From: Octopus vulgaris
Taxonomy: Eukaryota
DNA: 64,000 nt
Direction of reading: 5' to 3'
Assembly (NCBI GenBank): GCA_951406725.2
Contig: OX597818.1
Span: 129,022,001 to 129,086,000, forward strand
This document shows positions 50,060 through 63,537 of the stretch, piece after piece; position 1 is the stretch's first letter, and each line of letters starts with the position of its first letter. Under the pieces are notes generated by a model. It worked only from the letters and a program-made list of their open reading frames with translations, was not told the DNA's origin and ran no database searches. The position numbers and the translations under genes were made by a program.

Positions 50060-50216
50060 AACCTTCTGAGTTATTTTACAGGGCTTAGAAAAACTGAAGG
50101 GCAGCTGCAGCAAGTGAGTGGATCCAAGAGAGGAATATATTGAATATAATCATAACTAACTGATCCTCCTGCATTTTCTTTTACCCAAAACCAGGAACTT
50201 TTCAGTAGCCCCTTGT
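50060..50216 (+). mobile_element. Mariner 3' remnant
   Basis: GLEKLKGSCSK*VDPREEYIE resembles the mariner C-terminus (GI.KL..RW.KC....G.Y.E); ends ggaacttttcagtagccccttg-TA. Confidence 0.55.
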
Positions 50217-50223
50217 ATATATA

Positions 50224-51509
50224 CGAGGGACGTTCAATAAGTAATGCCTCTGACCCACTTGCAGTTGTTTGATCTAGCTGAAATTTTGCATGTGCAATCA
50301 TTTGTATCTCTATAGAGTAAGTGGCAAATTACAGCTCTGAATTAATTGTGGTTTCTGATTTACAGGTGTTTGAACCGAGTCAAGTGTGAAATGGAGCCTG
50401 TTGAGTGTCGAGCAGTGATCCGGTTTTTGTATTTGAAAGGACGCACACCACGGGAGACTTTTGATGAAATGAAAGTAACTTATGGTGATGATGCCCCATC
50501 ATATGACCTTGTAAAACGCTGGCATCGTGAATTCAAACATGGTCGGAACTCTGTGGAAACAGCTCCCAGATCTGGTCGCCCCCTTCTGCCATTGATGAGG
50601 CATCTGTCCGTCAAGTTGAGGCTGCCATTTTGGAAGATCGACGCATAATTATTCGCCAAATAGCCCATGAGGTCAAGATTAGTACCGGGTCTGTGGAAAC
50701 TATCATTCATGACCATTTGCATATGCAAAAGGTGTCTGCCAGATGGATTCCCAGGTTGCTCACGCCCTTCCAGAAGCAAGAACGCGTCGAGTGCTCGAGG
50801 GTGAATTTGGAGATGTGCCAAGAAGATGAGTCAAAATTTTTCAAAAGACTGATTACACAGGATGAAACCAGGGTCCATCACGATGATCCAGAGACCAAAT
50901 CCCAGTCAATGCAGTGGAAGCACCGTGACTCACCCCCTCCAAAGAAGGCAAGGGTGCAGCCCTCCGCTGGCAAGGTCATGCTCACAGTCTTCTGGAACCA
51001 GGACGGAGTAGTGATGACAGATTTCCTGGCAAAGGGTACCACAATTGCAGGAGCCTATTATGCTTCACTTTTGAGGAAATTAAGAGAAGTTATCAAAATC
51101 AAGAGGCTGGGCAAGATCAGCAAAGGCATCCTCCTCCTGCAGGACAACGCTCCGGTCCACAACTTGCTTGTCGCCAGATCAGAAGCACAGGCGTATGGCT
51201 ATGAACTCCTCCCCATCTCCCCTACTTTCCTGACCTTGCACCCTCTGATTTTCACCTCTTCCTTGAAGTTGTTTTTGAAAGGAAAGCGTTTCCCAGATGA
51301 TGCAGCCTTGATTTCAGAAGTCATGTTGAGGTTGGAGGACCAAGCTGGGTTCTTCTACAAAAACGGTCTCCAGAGCCGCATCAGACGATGGGAGAAATGC
51401 GTACTTCTTGGTGGTTCCTATGTAGAAAAAGACTAATAACTGTGCCAAGTTTCGTTGCTCTACTGCTATGGGAAGTGGGTCAGGGGCATTACTTATTGAA
51501 CGCCCCTTG
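50224..51509 (+). mobile_element. Full-length mariner (DD34D) transposon, 1286 bp
   Basis: About 37-bp TIRs CGAGGGACGTTCAATAAGTAATGCCTCTGACCCACTT / AAGTGGGTCAGGGGCATTACTTATTGAACGCCCCTTG; TA on both sides. Confidence 0.95.
50391..51436 (+). pseudogene. Mariner transposase, frameshifted
   Basis: MEPVECRAVIRFL..PRSGRP / SARWIPRLLT, ITQDET, LLQDNAPVH; SPYFPDLAPSDFHLF lies in a shifted frame; RRWEKCV..GGSYVEK. Frameshifts near 50580 and 51215. Confidence 0.92.
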
Positions 51510-51524
51510 TATATATATATTTTA

Positions 51525-51835
51525 CACACTTCAATCTTTAGACTATGGTCTTGTGCTAGGGGTGCCATCTTGAATGCTTTAGTTGAATGAATTGACTCCT
51601 ATACTTATGTTTTTCTGAGATTGGTACTTATTTTTTCAGTCACTTGTTGTTGAACCACTAAGTTATGGGGATGCAAACAAACCAACACTGGTTGTTAAAT
51701 AGTGGGTGGGGGACAACAAACACACAAAACACGCACACACACATATGTACATACACACACACACAATGGCTTCTTTCAGTTTCCATCTATCAAATTCACT
51801 CACAAGGCTATGGTTGACCTGGGGCTATAGTAGAA
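51525..51835 (-). mobile_element. SINE family A, diverged
   Basis: Family A match. Confidence 0.7.
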
Positions 51836-52234
51836 AGTACTCATATATATATGATATTATATTATATATAGATTTATTGTTGATATTGTAAGAGTTTATA
51901 AACTTTCAAAGAAAACATGAAATAATTCATGTTTGGAAGAGTGAATCTGGAAGCACATGAAGCTATAAATAACAGCATGTAAATATAGGGTTGAAAATCA
52001 CCTTTGGATAGAAAAAATCAGAGAGGCTACCGGACATAACAGATGTTCTACCACTGGACCAAATAATTCCTTTGAATTTTTCTATCCATTTCAGAAACTT
52101 TATTCCTATTTGTGAGAATTGTAAGTTGTTGATGTCATAAGAATTTATAATCTTTTGAAGGAAGAGAAAATAATTCTTTCTGGGAACTGTGGATCTGAAA
52201 ACACATAAAGCTACATATATATATATATGTATGT

Positions 52235-52690
<456 letters not shown>

Positions 52691-52904
52691 ATCACCAGTT
52701 AATGTCCATTTTCCATGTTGGCATGGGTTGGATGGCTTGACAGGAGCTGGCAAGACCAGGGGCCTCACCAGGTTCCATACTCTGTTTTGGCTTGGTTTCT
52801 ATAGCTAGGTACCCTTCCTAATACCAACCCCTTTTACACAGTGTACTGAGTTCCTTTTAACATGGCCCTGGCACCCGTGTTATATATATATATATATATA
52901 TATA

Positions 52905-53195
52905 GGCACAGGCATTGCTATGTGGTAAGAAGCTTGATTCCTAACCACATGGTTCTGGGTTCAGTCCCACTGCATGGCGCCTTGGGCAAGTGTCTTTTAT
53001 TATAGCCTCGGGCTGACCAACACCTGGTGTGTGGATTTGGTAGACAGAAACTGGAAGAAGCCCATCATATATATGTATATATTTGTGTGTGTGTGTCTTT
53101 GTTTGTCCCTCGCCATCACTTGACAAGCGATGCTGGTGTGTTTATATCTCCATAACTTAGTGGTTCGGCAAAAGAGTGTAGAATAAGTACTAGGC
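52905..53195 (+). mobile_element. SINE family A, 3'-truncated
   Basis: Family A match. Confidence 0.8.
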
Positions 53196-53214
53196 GGGGG
53201 ATATAAGTATAATT

Positions 53215-53811
53215 AGTACATTACTAGTGATCATTCCAAACACCATAATGTTGACATTATGCCTACATTCATCATCCCACATGATCTCAGACTCAACACG
53301 GAGGCCCACATCGAGTGCTTGGAGGAGGTAGTGCTGCTCTGGATCAAGAGAGTGGCTGCTGGAAGACTCTATGTCTTGCAACAGGATCCTGCATCATGCC
53401 ACACAAGCCGGAGAACCCAGTCATGGTCATCTGGCAATTTCTGTGACCATATCATCCTTAACATCTGGTCACCTAACTCCCCAGACTGCAACCACCATTG
53501 ATTATTATGTGTGGGGTGCAGTCGAGCAAGCGACCAACAAAACTTTTTGTAATACCAAAGATGAACTGAAGGCAAGGATTATGGCAGCATTCACCAACTT
53601 AAACAAGGAGACTGATCAGAAGAGTTGCAGGAGATGCCAAAGTCATCTGGAGGCTGCGGTTGAAGTCAATGGCGATTTTATTGAATAAATTTACTCTTTA
53701 GTATTTCAAGATATTGTTATGTAATTTTGGTAAATATAACTGCTAAAATGAGATGTCAGTGTTATTTTCATTTTTGCATAATTTAGATGACAATACATTC
53801 CCCACATCCTG
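53215..53811 (+). pseudogene. DD37D (maT-type) transposase 3' fragment with terminal repeat
   Basis: YVLQQDPASCH..IWSPNSPDCN / IDYYVWGAVE..VNGDFIE-stop; ends ..cacatcctg-TA. Confidence 0.8.
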
Positions 53812-53984
53812 TATATATATGTATGTATATTATGTCTACTGTTTCATTATTGATGTAATTAACCAAAAAAGAAAAAAAAGTACTCTACCCAGTAAGAGAT
53901 AAATACCATTTAGGATCTTTAAATTTGAGCTACTATAAGTCTCATGCTTTTGATAGTACAATAGCTGGACTATTGTATTCTTAG

Positions 53985-54450
53985 ATCTGACTACAGATAG
54001 ATTGACTAATACTGACCACAGGTGGATTGACTAACACTGACTATGGATAGATTGATTAAGAATAATCACAATTGGATTGACTAATAGTGACTGAAGATGG
54101 ACTGGTTAACATTGACCACAGATGAATTGAATGTGACTACAGATAGATAGATAGACTAACATAACACTGACCACAGATATATAGACTAACACTGACCGTA
54201 GACAGATAGACTAACACTGATCATAGAAAGACAGACTAACACTGACCACAGACAGATAGACAGATAGACTAACACTGATCACATATAGATAGACTAACAC
54301 TGACCACAGATAGATGGACTAACATTGACCATAGAAAGACAGACTAACACTGACCACAGACAGATAGACAGAAAGACTAACACTGATCACATATAGATAG
54401 ACTAACACTGACCACAGATAGATGGACTAGCAGCAGCCATAGATTGGCTG
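53985..54450. repeat. Minisatellite, ~22-34-bp unit GACTAACACTGACCACA(GATA/GACA)n
   Basis: More than 15 recognisable units. Confidence 0.85.
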
Positions 54451-54757
54451 ACGAATACAGACTAGAGGTGAATTCAACATGACTAGTGATATTCTAAGTT
54501 CAAATCCTGTTGTGGCTGACTTTGCATTTCCTCTTTGCAGATGCAATAAAATATGTCCCCATTGAATCAATATAATTGAACGTTCTTTCTTCACAATAGA
54601 AATCAATGGAGTTTGGTCATGCATTGATAATTATCTTTGATCATCAAATCATCAAGTAGCTGATTCCATTAGTCTGTACTAGTGTGTGGATAAAGTAAGA
54701 GTAGTAATAGTAGTAGTGGTGGTGGTGGTGGTGGTGGCAGTGATAGTGTTATATATA

Positions 54758-56017
54758 CAGGATGCGGATGGTATTTGAGGAAACATGCATTTTTAGTCAT
54801 TACTTTATTTGACTAATTTTTATTGAACTTCTTTTTCAGAAAATAACAACGACAGGCTCTATGCTTACTAATGAAATGAAAAGGCATGCTGTGATTGTGG
54901 CTTTGAAGGCTAGGCATGGTGATTTAGAAATTTCTCATTTTCTAAAAATTGCAAGATCTTTTGTCCACAAGATTTGGTGTGAGTTAGAGAAAGAAGATGG
55001 AAGTGTGTTATTTGTATCAAAATGTCAGAAACATTCCAAATGCTCTGATTCTATCAGAACACCTGAATATATCCAGGAAGTTAAGCAAAACATTGAAAAC
55101 AATCCAGGAAAATCAATGAGGTCAATTACAAAAATTTCGTGTGTCAGAAAAAACAATCAGAAATGTTGAGCATGAAGACATCATATACAAATCTTACATG
55201 ATGAGGAGAGGTCAATTCATGTCAAAAAAACAAAACAAAAGAAAACAGTTTAATCAGATCCAAAAGTCTTTTGAACAAACTTGAAAATCCATCAGAAGAT
55301 GGGGTGATTTGGTTTTTCTCAGATGACAAAATCTTTGCCCAGGACGTGAAAACTAACAGAAGAAATCACAGACGGCTATGCACAGACCCTTCTGAGATTC
55401 CAAGAGTAATGCACACAAAATTTCCCACAAGTGTCATGGTTTCGGGTGTTGTTAGCAATGATGGTCATGTAATGCTTCCTCACTTTTTTCCACAAGGCCT
55501 TAGAGTGAATGCTTCTGTGTATATTTGGACTCTGGATAAAGTTGTTAAGCCTTGCATCAACAGTGTATGCAATGGAAAGGCCTTATGTCTTCCAACAAGA
55601 TTCTGCACCATCACACAAGATGCAAATGATACAAGAATGGATGGCTGATAATTTACATGATCACATCACCCCCAACATTTGGCCTCCTAATTCTCCAGAT
55701 CTCAATCCACTGGACTACTATGTATGGATAATTGTTGAGAAAAATATCAATGAGCACCCCCATAGGACCAAAGATTCTTTGAAAGCTGCCATAGTTCGAG
55801 TCATATCCAATATGAACAAGGACTACTTAATCTGAGCTTGTAAATGATTTCAACACCACGTAGAGGCAGTTATTGACACTTATAGTGGTTTTATTGAATG
55901 AAATTATTAAATTGATAATTTAGCATGATGTTTATAAAAATACAGTATTTTTTCTATTGTTATATAAGTATTTTTTTTAAAACCATAAATCTGTCCTCAA
56001 ACACCATCCGCACCCTG
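54758..56017 (+). mobile_element. Full-length DD37D (maT/mori-type) Tc1/mariner element
   Basis: TIRs CAGGATGCGGATGGTATTTGAGGA / TCCTCAAACACCATCCGCACCCTG. Confidence 0.9.
54861..55900 (+). pseudogene. DD37D transposase, disrupted
   Basis: WFFSDDKIF, FQQDSAPSH..WPPNSPDLNPLDYYVW with 37 residues between the second and third Asp; split over three frames. Confidence 0.9.
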
Positions 56018-56020
56018 TGC

Positions 56021-56052
<32 letters not shown>

Positions 56053-56372
56053 GAGCACTCTGTCGGTTACAACGATGAGGGTCCCAGCTGATACGATCAA
56101 CGGAACAGCTTGCTTGTGGAATTAACGTGCAAGTGACTGAGCAATCCACAGATACGAGTACCCTTAACTTAGTTCTCAGGGAGATTCAGCGTTACACAAA
56201 GTGTGACAAGGTCGACCCTTTGAAATACAGGTACAACTCATTTTTGCCAGCTGAGTGGACTGGAGCAATGTGAAATAAAGTGTCTTGCTCAAGGACACAA
56301 CGCATCACCAGGAATCGAACTCAGGACCTTACAATTGTCAGTCGAATGCCCTAACCACTAAGCCACATACCT
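56053..56372 (-). mobile_element. SINE (tRNA head, CCTTGAGCAAG domain, family C-type tail)
   Basis: Minus strand tggcttagtggttagggc..gagttcgattcc head; the tail matches family C. Confidence 0.8.
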
Positions 56373-56383
56373 TCACACACACG

Positions 56384-56415
<32 letters not shown>

Positions 56416-56457
56416 TTATCTATGCATGTATACACACATGCAAATATATGTGTGCTT

Positions 56458-56491
<34 letters not shown>

Positions 56492-57299
56492 ATATGTAAG
56501 TGCAGCCATGGTTCTCTAGTTAAGCTGGTCACTTTGCAGCTACACAGTTCAATCCCACTGCACAATACCTTGGCCAATTGTCTTTTATCTTAGCCAACAT
56601 GGTTATAAGTCAAATGACTGACACCAGTAAATTAACAAAAGATTTACGGTGCTGTGACACATTTTACTCATGGCAGTTGGTGACCTATAGTTGCGTAAAT
56701 CTCAGAGAGATGAATAAGATTATATCACTAAACATTATCATGCAATGCAATGCAAGGCAAGGCAATCTGATGCAACACAATAGATTGACTTCAAAGTAAA
56801 CATTGTCCATTGTATGTGGAAGATTTACTGATTGAAGTCTGAAGTTGTCAGTGGATGAGAAGACCTACAAATTCTGCAATGAGAGTGCATCTTGTCTAAT
56901 CTATTGCATCAAATACACAATACAAAGGGAAGTCAATTTCCTTATCTTCTTTTTAAATATTTGAGACCAGTTCTTAGAATCTGCAGTTGCCTTTGGTTTG
57001 CTTTAGTTTAGATTTGGATTAGTTCAATATCTACATATAGTGTTCTAATTAATCAGATAATTCTGTAAAGACAGGATCATCTCATTTATGTGAAAAACAA
57101 CGACATCTACACCAATAACAGTGAAAACAACAGTTATCTTGTTTTGTTTTTTTTTTACATTTTTTTGAAATTATATTCTTTGTTTTATTGTTGTTGATTA
57201 GCTCCAGGTTAGCTGTGGTTAAGTATGTCTATAATTAAAAATGTGTTAGCTATGGCTAATCAGTTATTTTTTACATTGAGCACTACATTCTCTAATGTC

Positions 57300-57511
57300 T
57301 TTTATCTTTTATCCTTTGCTTGTTCCAGTCATTGGATTGTAGCCATGCTAGAGCACTACCTTGAAAAATCTTTAGTCAAATGAGCTGACCACAGTATTTA
57401 TATTGTTTCAAAGTCTGGTACTTCTTACTCTATTGATCACTTTTGCCAAACCACTAAGTTACAGGGATGTGAACTTAACACTGGTTGCTAAGCAGTGGTG
57501 GGAGACAGACA

Positions 57512-57552
<41 letters not shown>

Positions 57553-57722
57553 GCATGCGATGGGCTTCTTTCATTTTCTGTCTACTAAATCCACACTCAA
57601 GGCTTTGGTCTGGTCAACCCGGGGCTATAGTAGAAAGCACTTGCCCAAGGTGCTATGCAGCAAGACTGAACCTAGATCCATGCAGTTGGAAAGCAAGCTT
57701 CTTGCCACCCCTGCACCTGCAT
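57300..57722 (-). mobile_element. SINE family A, diverged
   Basis: Family A match. Confidence 0.75.
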
Positions 57723-58824
57723 CTATAATTGTTTTTAAGGTGGTATGATGTGATTTCAGGACATTTGGCTGCTATTACTAAAAAGATGAGAAACCACATA
57801 GAAACTCCATTGTAGGTTCAATTTATGTTTATTGTAGAAAAAATGGCTTGTAATATTTAGAGACTTTGTTTTACATTCAAATCTTCTTAGGGACAAGTTT
57901 GATTATTGTTCTTTTTGGTTAAGTGAGTAATTACCACAATATACTGTAAGCTAGGCCAACTACAGAGGTCAACTTTTCTTTCATCTCTCTGTTGGGGTTA
58001 ATAAAACTAAGTATTAATCAGTTACTGAGGTCAACTGTATCAGCTAAACCCCTCCCCTCAAAAAGCACTGGCCTTCTGCTTATATCAGCAGTCATCATTT
58101 TAAAAAAAATTATTATTAGGGTAATGAATTGGCAGAATATTTGGAGCTTTGCAATATTTCTGAGTTCATGTTCTGAGTTCAAATCTTACAGATGTCATCT
58201 TTGCTCTACACTCTTTCGGGAGTCAACAAATAACACCACTTATTATTAGGGTGGTAGACTGGTAGAATGGTTAGAATGATTGAGAAAATGACTTTAAGTA
58301 TTTCTAGTCCTTTATATTCAAAGTTCAAATTCCACTGAGGCTAATTTTGTCTTTCATCCCTCTAGGGTTGATAAGATGAAATACTAGGGTTCAAATAATT
58401 GACTCCTTCTTCACCAAATTTCTCAATCTTGCTTCCAAATATATATCATAGTGCAAACACTAGAAATTGCTATTAGTTTATATATCAAGGTAAGAAATCA
58501 TTTATAAAATGCTTTGCTGTGAGTTCAGATCCCACTCAAGCCAGTTTTACTCCTCATCTATCCAGAGCAGGTATACTAAATTACAGGTCGAAATTTGTAA
58601 CCTTGTCCCCAGGTTAGAAATTATTATTACTATTATAACTGATGTCGAGTAGGCAGAATTGTTAGCTGGGCAAAATGCTTCACAGTATGTCTTCTGGCTC
58701 TTTATGTTCTGTGTTCAAATCCCACCAGGGTCATTTTTGCCCTGTATTGCTAACCAATGCCTTGTAAATGAATTTGATAGACAAGAAACTATGAGCAAGC
58801 TTGTTGTATATATATATATATATA

Positions 58825-59227
58825 CTAGCAGTATAGCCTGGCGTTGCTCGGGTTTGTTTTCTTTTTGACCGTTTAGAATTGGAATTTTTGAAAAGTAAAA
58901 ATTTTGCATTATGTAGCTTGTTATTCTCTTTAAGTGAGCATTTTTCTGGCTGAAATACACCGAAAAATGGCAACACAGCAGTCAAAAAATTGTAAAAAAT
59001 AGAAATTTTCATAGAAAAAAAGCACCTTTTTGATGTAAATAATTTTAGGTCTTAACATGGTCCGATTTTAATTTTTTCTTCTACAAAAGGAAGAGCAAGC
59101 CTTCTATCATACTCTCAGTTTTGATCAACTTGTGCCGCAAGGTCTCGGAGGAGATAGTGTTAGTTGAAAGCTACCAAACCTGCTACACACACACACACAC
59201 AGACAACTTCAGTTTTATATATATAGA
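58825..59227 (-). mobile_element. Non-autonomous Helitron (family H2)
   Basis: Sister of 15606-15994; TC...hairpin-CTAG termini. Confidence 0.85.
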
Positions 59228-59760
59228 TATATATATATGTATATGTATATGTACACACACAAACACACACACACACACGTGTGTGTCTTAGAGTTCGTGT
59301 TAGCCTCCCCCACCGAATTAGAATCTGTGTTGGTTTGTTTACATCCCTGTGAATTGGCGAGAGAATCTGATTGTTAAGTTCCTGTGTAACTGTTTCTTTG
59401 AGCATGAAAATTTGTAACATGCTTTAAATATTTTGCATATTTCATAAGCCTTTGCATGTACATGGCATGTTCTATGTATCACATGTTTGGGACATGTAGC
59501 CAATAATTATAATAAAAGAAAATGAAATTAAAGCAATCATCATCATCATCATCACTGTCAGCAGTATCATCATCATCATCATCGTCGTCGTTGTTGTTGT
59601 TGTTGTTGTATACTTTCAATGCCCAAATGAACGAAGTTCATGTATTCTCAAAGAAAAAAACCCCCAAAAGATACGATGCCATAACACGTATTCATGTGCC
59701 TTCAAAACATGCTTTCATTTTGTATCCTTTTTTGTTGTCTTGAGAATATTCTCCTCTCTC

Positions 59761-59827
<67 letters not shown>

Positions 59828-59885
59828 CACACATATGTATTATAACACACACACATATATATATATACACGCAGTATATATATAT

Positions 59886-59929
<44 letters not shown>

Positions 59930-60036
59930 TAATATATATGCATATATATCAAATTTATAATATATGTGTGTGTGTGTATATATATATATATTTACATATA
60001 TATATATAAAATATATTTGTATATATTACATTTCTA

Positions 60037-60067
<31 letters not shown>

Positions 60068-60142
60068 CATGTATATATATATATATATATATATCACATA
60101 GATATGCATTATATATATATATCATATATTATATAATGTATA

Positions 60143-60185
<43 letters not shown>

Positions 60186-60220
60186 TTTTATATATACATA
60201 TACATATATTACATATATAA

Positions 60221-60297
<77 letters not shown>

Positions 60298-60463
60298 CAC
60301 ATAAATACAAGGTGATATGTATGGTGGTTATATAGTTATTCATTTATTTGTTTTCATCATTCTTAATTCTTAAAGCACCTATTATTGTGAACTTAGTTTC
60401 TCTTTTCAATCCTCTCATTTTTCATATTTCTATTTTCATGTCTTTATACAAGCACACACGCAT

Positions 60464-60495
<32 letters not shown>

Positions 60496-60911
60496 TCATA
60501 CTAGTCTATATATACACATATACATATAAGTGTGTGTGTAAATGTAGACAGTTTCTCTGTTTCTTTTATAGCCATATTGTCATCTGTTGGAATTGATATA
60601 GATTTGGAGACATTTTGTCTGATGGTCTTTGATAATAGTAGTATGTAGTGAGAAGAGATAGCATCTCATCAATGGGAACAATCTTGCTTTCCAATCAGAA
60701 CATTTCTTGTTCAGCTTAAATGTACCATTTCCAATTTAGTGTGAAATGAAAATATCAGATATGTATCTGTACATGTATGGATGACTATATGTATGTGTGT
60801 GTGTGTGTGTGTATGCTTGTAATGTATACATATTTATGTGACAGTGTGTGTGAGTATGTGTGAATGTATTTGTATGAGAGTGTGTGTGAGGGTATTACAA
60901 TCATCAGGGTT

Positions 60912-60951
<40 letters not shown>

Positions 60952-61192
60952 CACACACACACACACATATATATATGTGTGTGTAGCTATATACATAAAG
61001 CTACACACACAGACACAGAGTCATATATATATATATATATCTGTACACATATATAAATATATATCAACACAGCATTGATGTGCATGTATGTGTATATACA
61101 TATATATATACATTATTGTGAACCAAGAATTCAATAAATGATTACTCATTCTTCGGTTCAATATTAACGTGTGTGTGTGTGTGTATGTGCGA

Positions 61193-61235
<43 letters not shown>

Positions 61236-61241
<6 letters not shown>

Positions 61242-61578
61242 GGCATAAAATAAATCACTTTGCCGCATACTGAACTCATTAGAAATAGCAGCTAAAAAAA
61301 ACTTTTTCAAAAACTATTTCCAATACTTAAAGAAAACCTCTCTCATATAGTGCTTGCTCAATTCAACTCACAAAAGTATGGGTATTGGAAATAGCTTTTG
61401 AAAAAGTTTTTTTTAGCTGCTATTTCTAATGAGTTCAGTATGCGGCAAAGTAATTTATTTTACTAAGCCCTTTTATATAATGTAATAATTTGAATTCGCC
61501 TTAAATGGTCCCTTTGTATACTGAATACTTGGTAAAATTGATTAATTAATTAATTTTACCCTCAATTGTTGAAATTAT
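61236..61578 (+). mobile_element. Fold-back Penelope-like fragment in (TA)n
   Basis: About 61236-61326 is the reverse complement of about 61383-61478; contains GCTGCTATTTCTA. Confidence 0.6.
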
Positions 61579-61714
61579 ATATATATATATGTAAATATGT
61601 AAATATATCTGAATATATATATATATATACATATATATTGGCTCATCCCATAAGTAATGCACTTCTTATACTTCTTTTATTTTTCAAAATTAAAATAGAG
61701 TTCTTTTTTTAATC

Positions 61715-62969
61715 TAAAATATACCACTCCTTCATTTTCTACAATGCTCTTCCATCTATCTGGTAGACTTGCAAGGCCCCTCTTCTAAAATTCACTTCAT
61801 ATTTTTTTCTCTCCAAATGATTTTGAAGATTGTAGAATAGATGGTAATCAGATGGGACAATGTCCAGCGAATGTGGTGGATGGGGCATTATTTCCCATTC
61901 AAACTGCTCCAGTCTTTGGAATGTCATCCTTGCTGTATGTGGCTGAGCATTATCTTGATGGCAGAACACCTTTCGTCTTGAAACCAAAGATGGTAATTTT
62001 TCTTCTGGTGTTGATCTAAGCTGCTCAAGCTGCTCACAGTAGGACTTCTTTGTTTTCATTTGGTTTGGGTTTAAAAGTTCAAAGTGGACTAAACTTTCAT
62101 ATCTCACCAAACAGATAATACCGTATGTGGGTGAAGACCTTCTTTAGCCTAGGGTGCCAGTGTTTTTCCTTTCCCTACCCACTGTCTTTGGCACTTGACA
62201 TTTTTATAGAGAACCTTGTGAGTGGATTTGGTAGATGGAAACTGAAAGAAGCCTGTCGTATATATGTATATATGTATATAAGTGTGTGTGTGTATGTTTG
62301 TGTGTCTGTGTTTGTCCCCCTAGCATTGCTTGACAACTGATGCTGGTGTGTTTACGTCCCCGTCACTTAGCGGTTCGGCAAAAGAGACCGATAGAATAAG
62401 TACTGGGCTTACAAAGAATAAGTCCCGGGGTCGATTTGCTTGACTAAAAGGCGGTGCTCCAGCATGGCCGCAGTCGAATGACTGAAACAAGTAAAAGAGA
62501 AAACCTATTTTTTGTCAGTGAACCTATTCGGTCCAAAAAAGATTCATTTTTGAGATGTGACAGCAAAGAAGAGCACACTATCACTCTGTGCTTTATTAGA
62601 CTTGGAAAGTTTGTGAGGAATCCATCGACCCAATTTGCTGACTTTCCTGATGGCAATCAGGTTTCGATGAATGGTTGAATGACAAAATCCAGGTTGCTCT
62701 GCTAGTTCCTCAGCAGTTACGATGGGATTTTGTTCCATCAGGGTTTGCAGCATATCCTTATTAAGCTCTACAGATCTTCCAGGACAAGGGTCATCTACTA
62801 GGCTGTTGTTTCCAGCTCAGAATTTCTGGAACCACCATTGATTCTGGCTTATGCTTATTGTCCAATCCCCATATACTGCATTAATATTCCTTGCACTTTT
62901 CATTGCATTGTTACTTTTATTGAACTCATAAAGCAAAATATGCTGAACATGCTCCTTTGTCACTTCCAT
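61715..62969 (-). pseudogene. Mariner transposase, disrupted
   Basis: MEVTKEHVQHILLYEF.., KLGRWIPHKLS, CHQDNAQPH, HPPHSLDIVPSDYHLF. Confidence 0.88.
62213..62500 (+). mobile_element. SINE family A, 5'-truncated, inside the mariner
   Basis: Family A match. Confidence 0.88.
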
Positions 62970-63185
62970 TATAGCTTTGAAAAAGTAACTGTTAAAATCG
63001 AACTGCACTCTTCAAAACTTCAAAAAAATTACTACCTGCTTTTATAGCAAGTTGATGTAGGTAGTTTATCATGTGCCCCTTCGACTTTTAGCTCATACAA
63101 TTAAAAAACTGCTTATTTATGGTATGACCCAATACATACATACATACATACATACATACATACGTATATATATATATATATATAA

Positions 63186-63447
63186 TGGAGTAAACACATA
63201 AATGTGAAACAAGGTGGAAAAAAGAGTACTCAAATACCAGGGGTAGAGTAATATGCTTTATTTAAAAGCAGCAGAAATTCAACAAAACCTGTTACTCGGA
63301 GCTTCATGTTCCCGTTCGTTGGACAACCTGTTACTCGGAGTTTCACGTTCCCGTTCGTCGGACAGTTTTGTTAAAAACTGTCCGACGAACGGGAACGTAA
63401 AACTCCGAGTAACAGGTTTTGTTGAATTTCTGCTGCTTTTAAATAAA

Positions 63448-63450
<3 letters not shown>
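63186..63450 (-). mobile_element. Fold-back element with three hammerhead-like 39-mers
   Basis: Minus copies at 63288-63326 and 63327-63365, plus copy at 63378-63416; outer arms ctttatttaaaagcagcagaaattcaacaaaacc inverted; (TA)n flanks. Confidence 0.65.
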
Positions 63451-63490
<40 letters not shown>

Positions 63491-63493
63491 CAT

Positions 63494-63537
<44 letters not shown>

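Larger units (their letters stand above)
61638..63132 (-). mobile_element. Mariner transposon with SINE insertion
   Basis: TIRs TTGGCTCATCCCATAAGTAA / TTATTTATGGTATGACCCAA; TA flanks. Confidence 0.88.

Noticed and set aside
50346-51436. Functional SETMAR-like gene or active mariner
   Set aside because: No SET domain; bounded by TIRs and TA; frameshifts separate the HTH and displace the third catalytic Asp motif.
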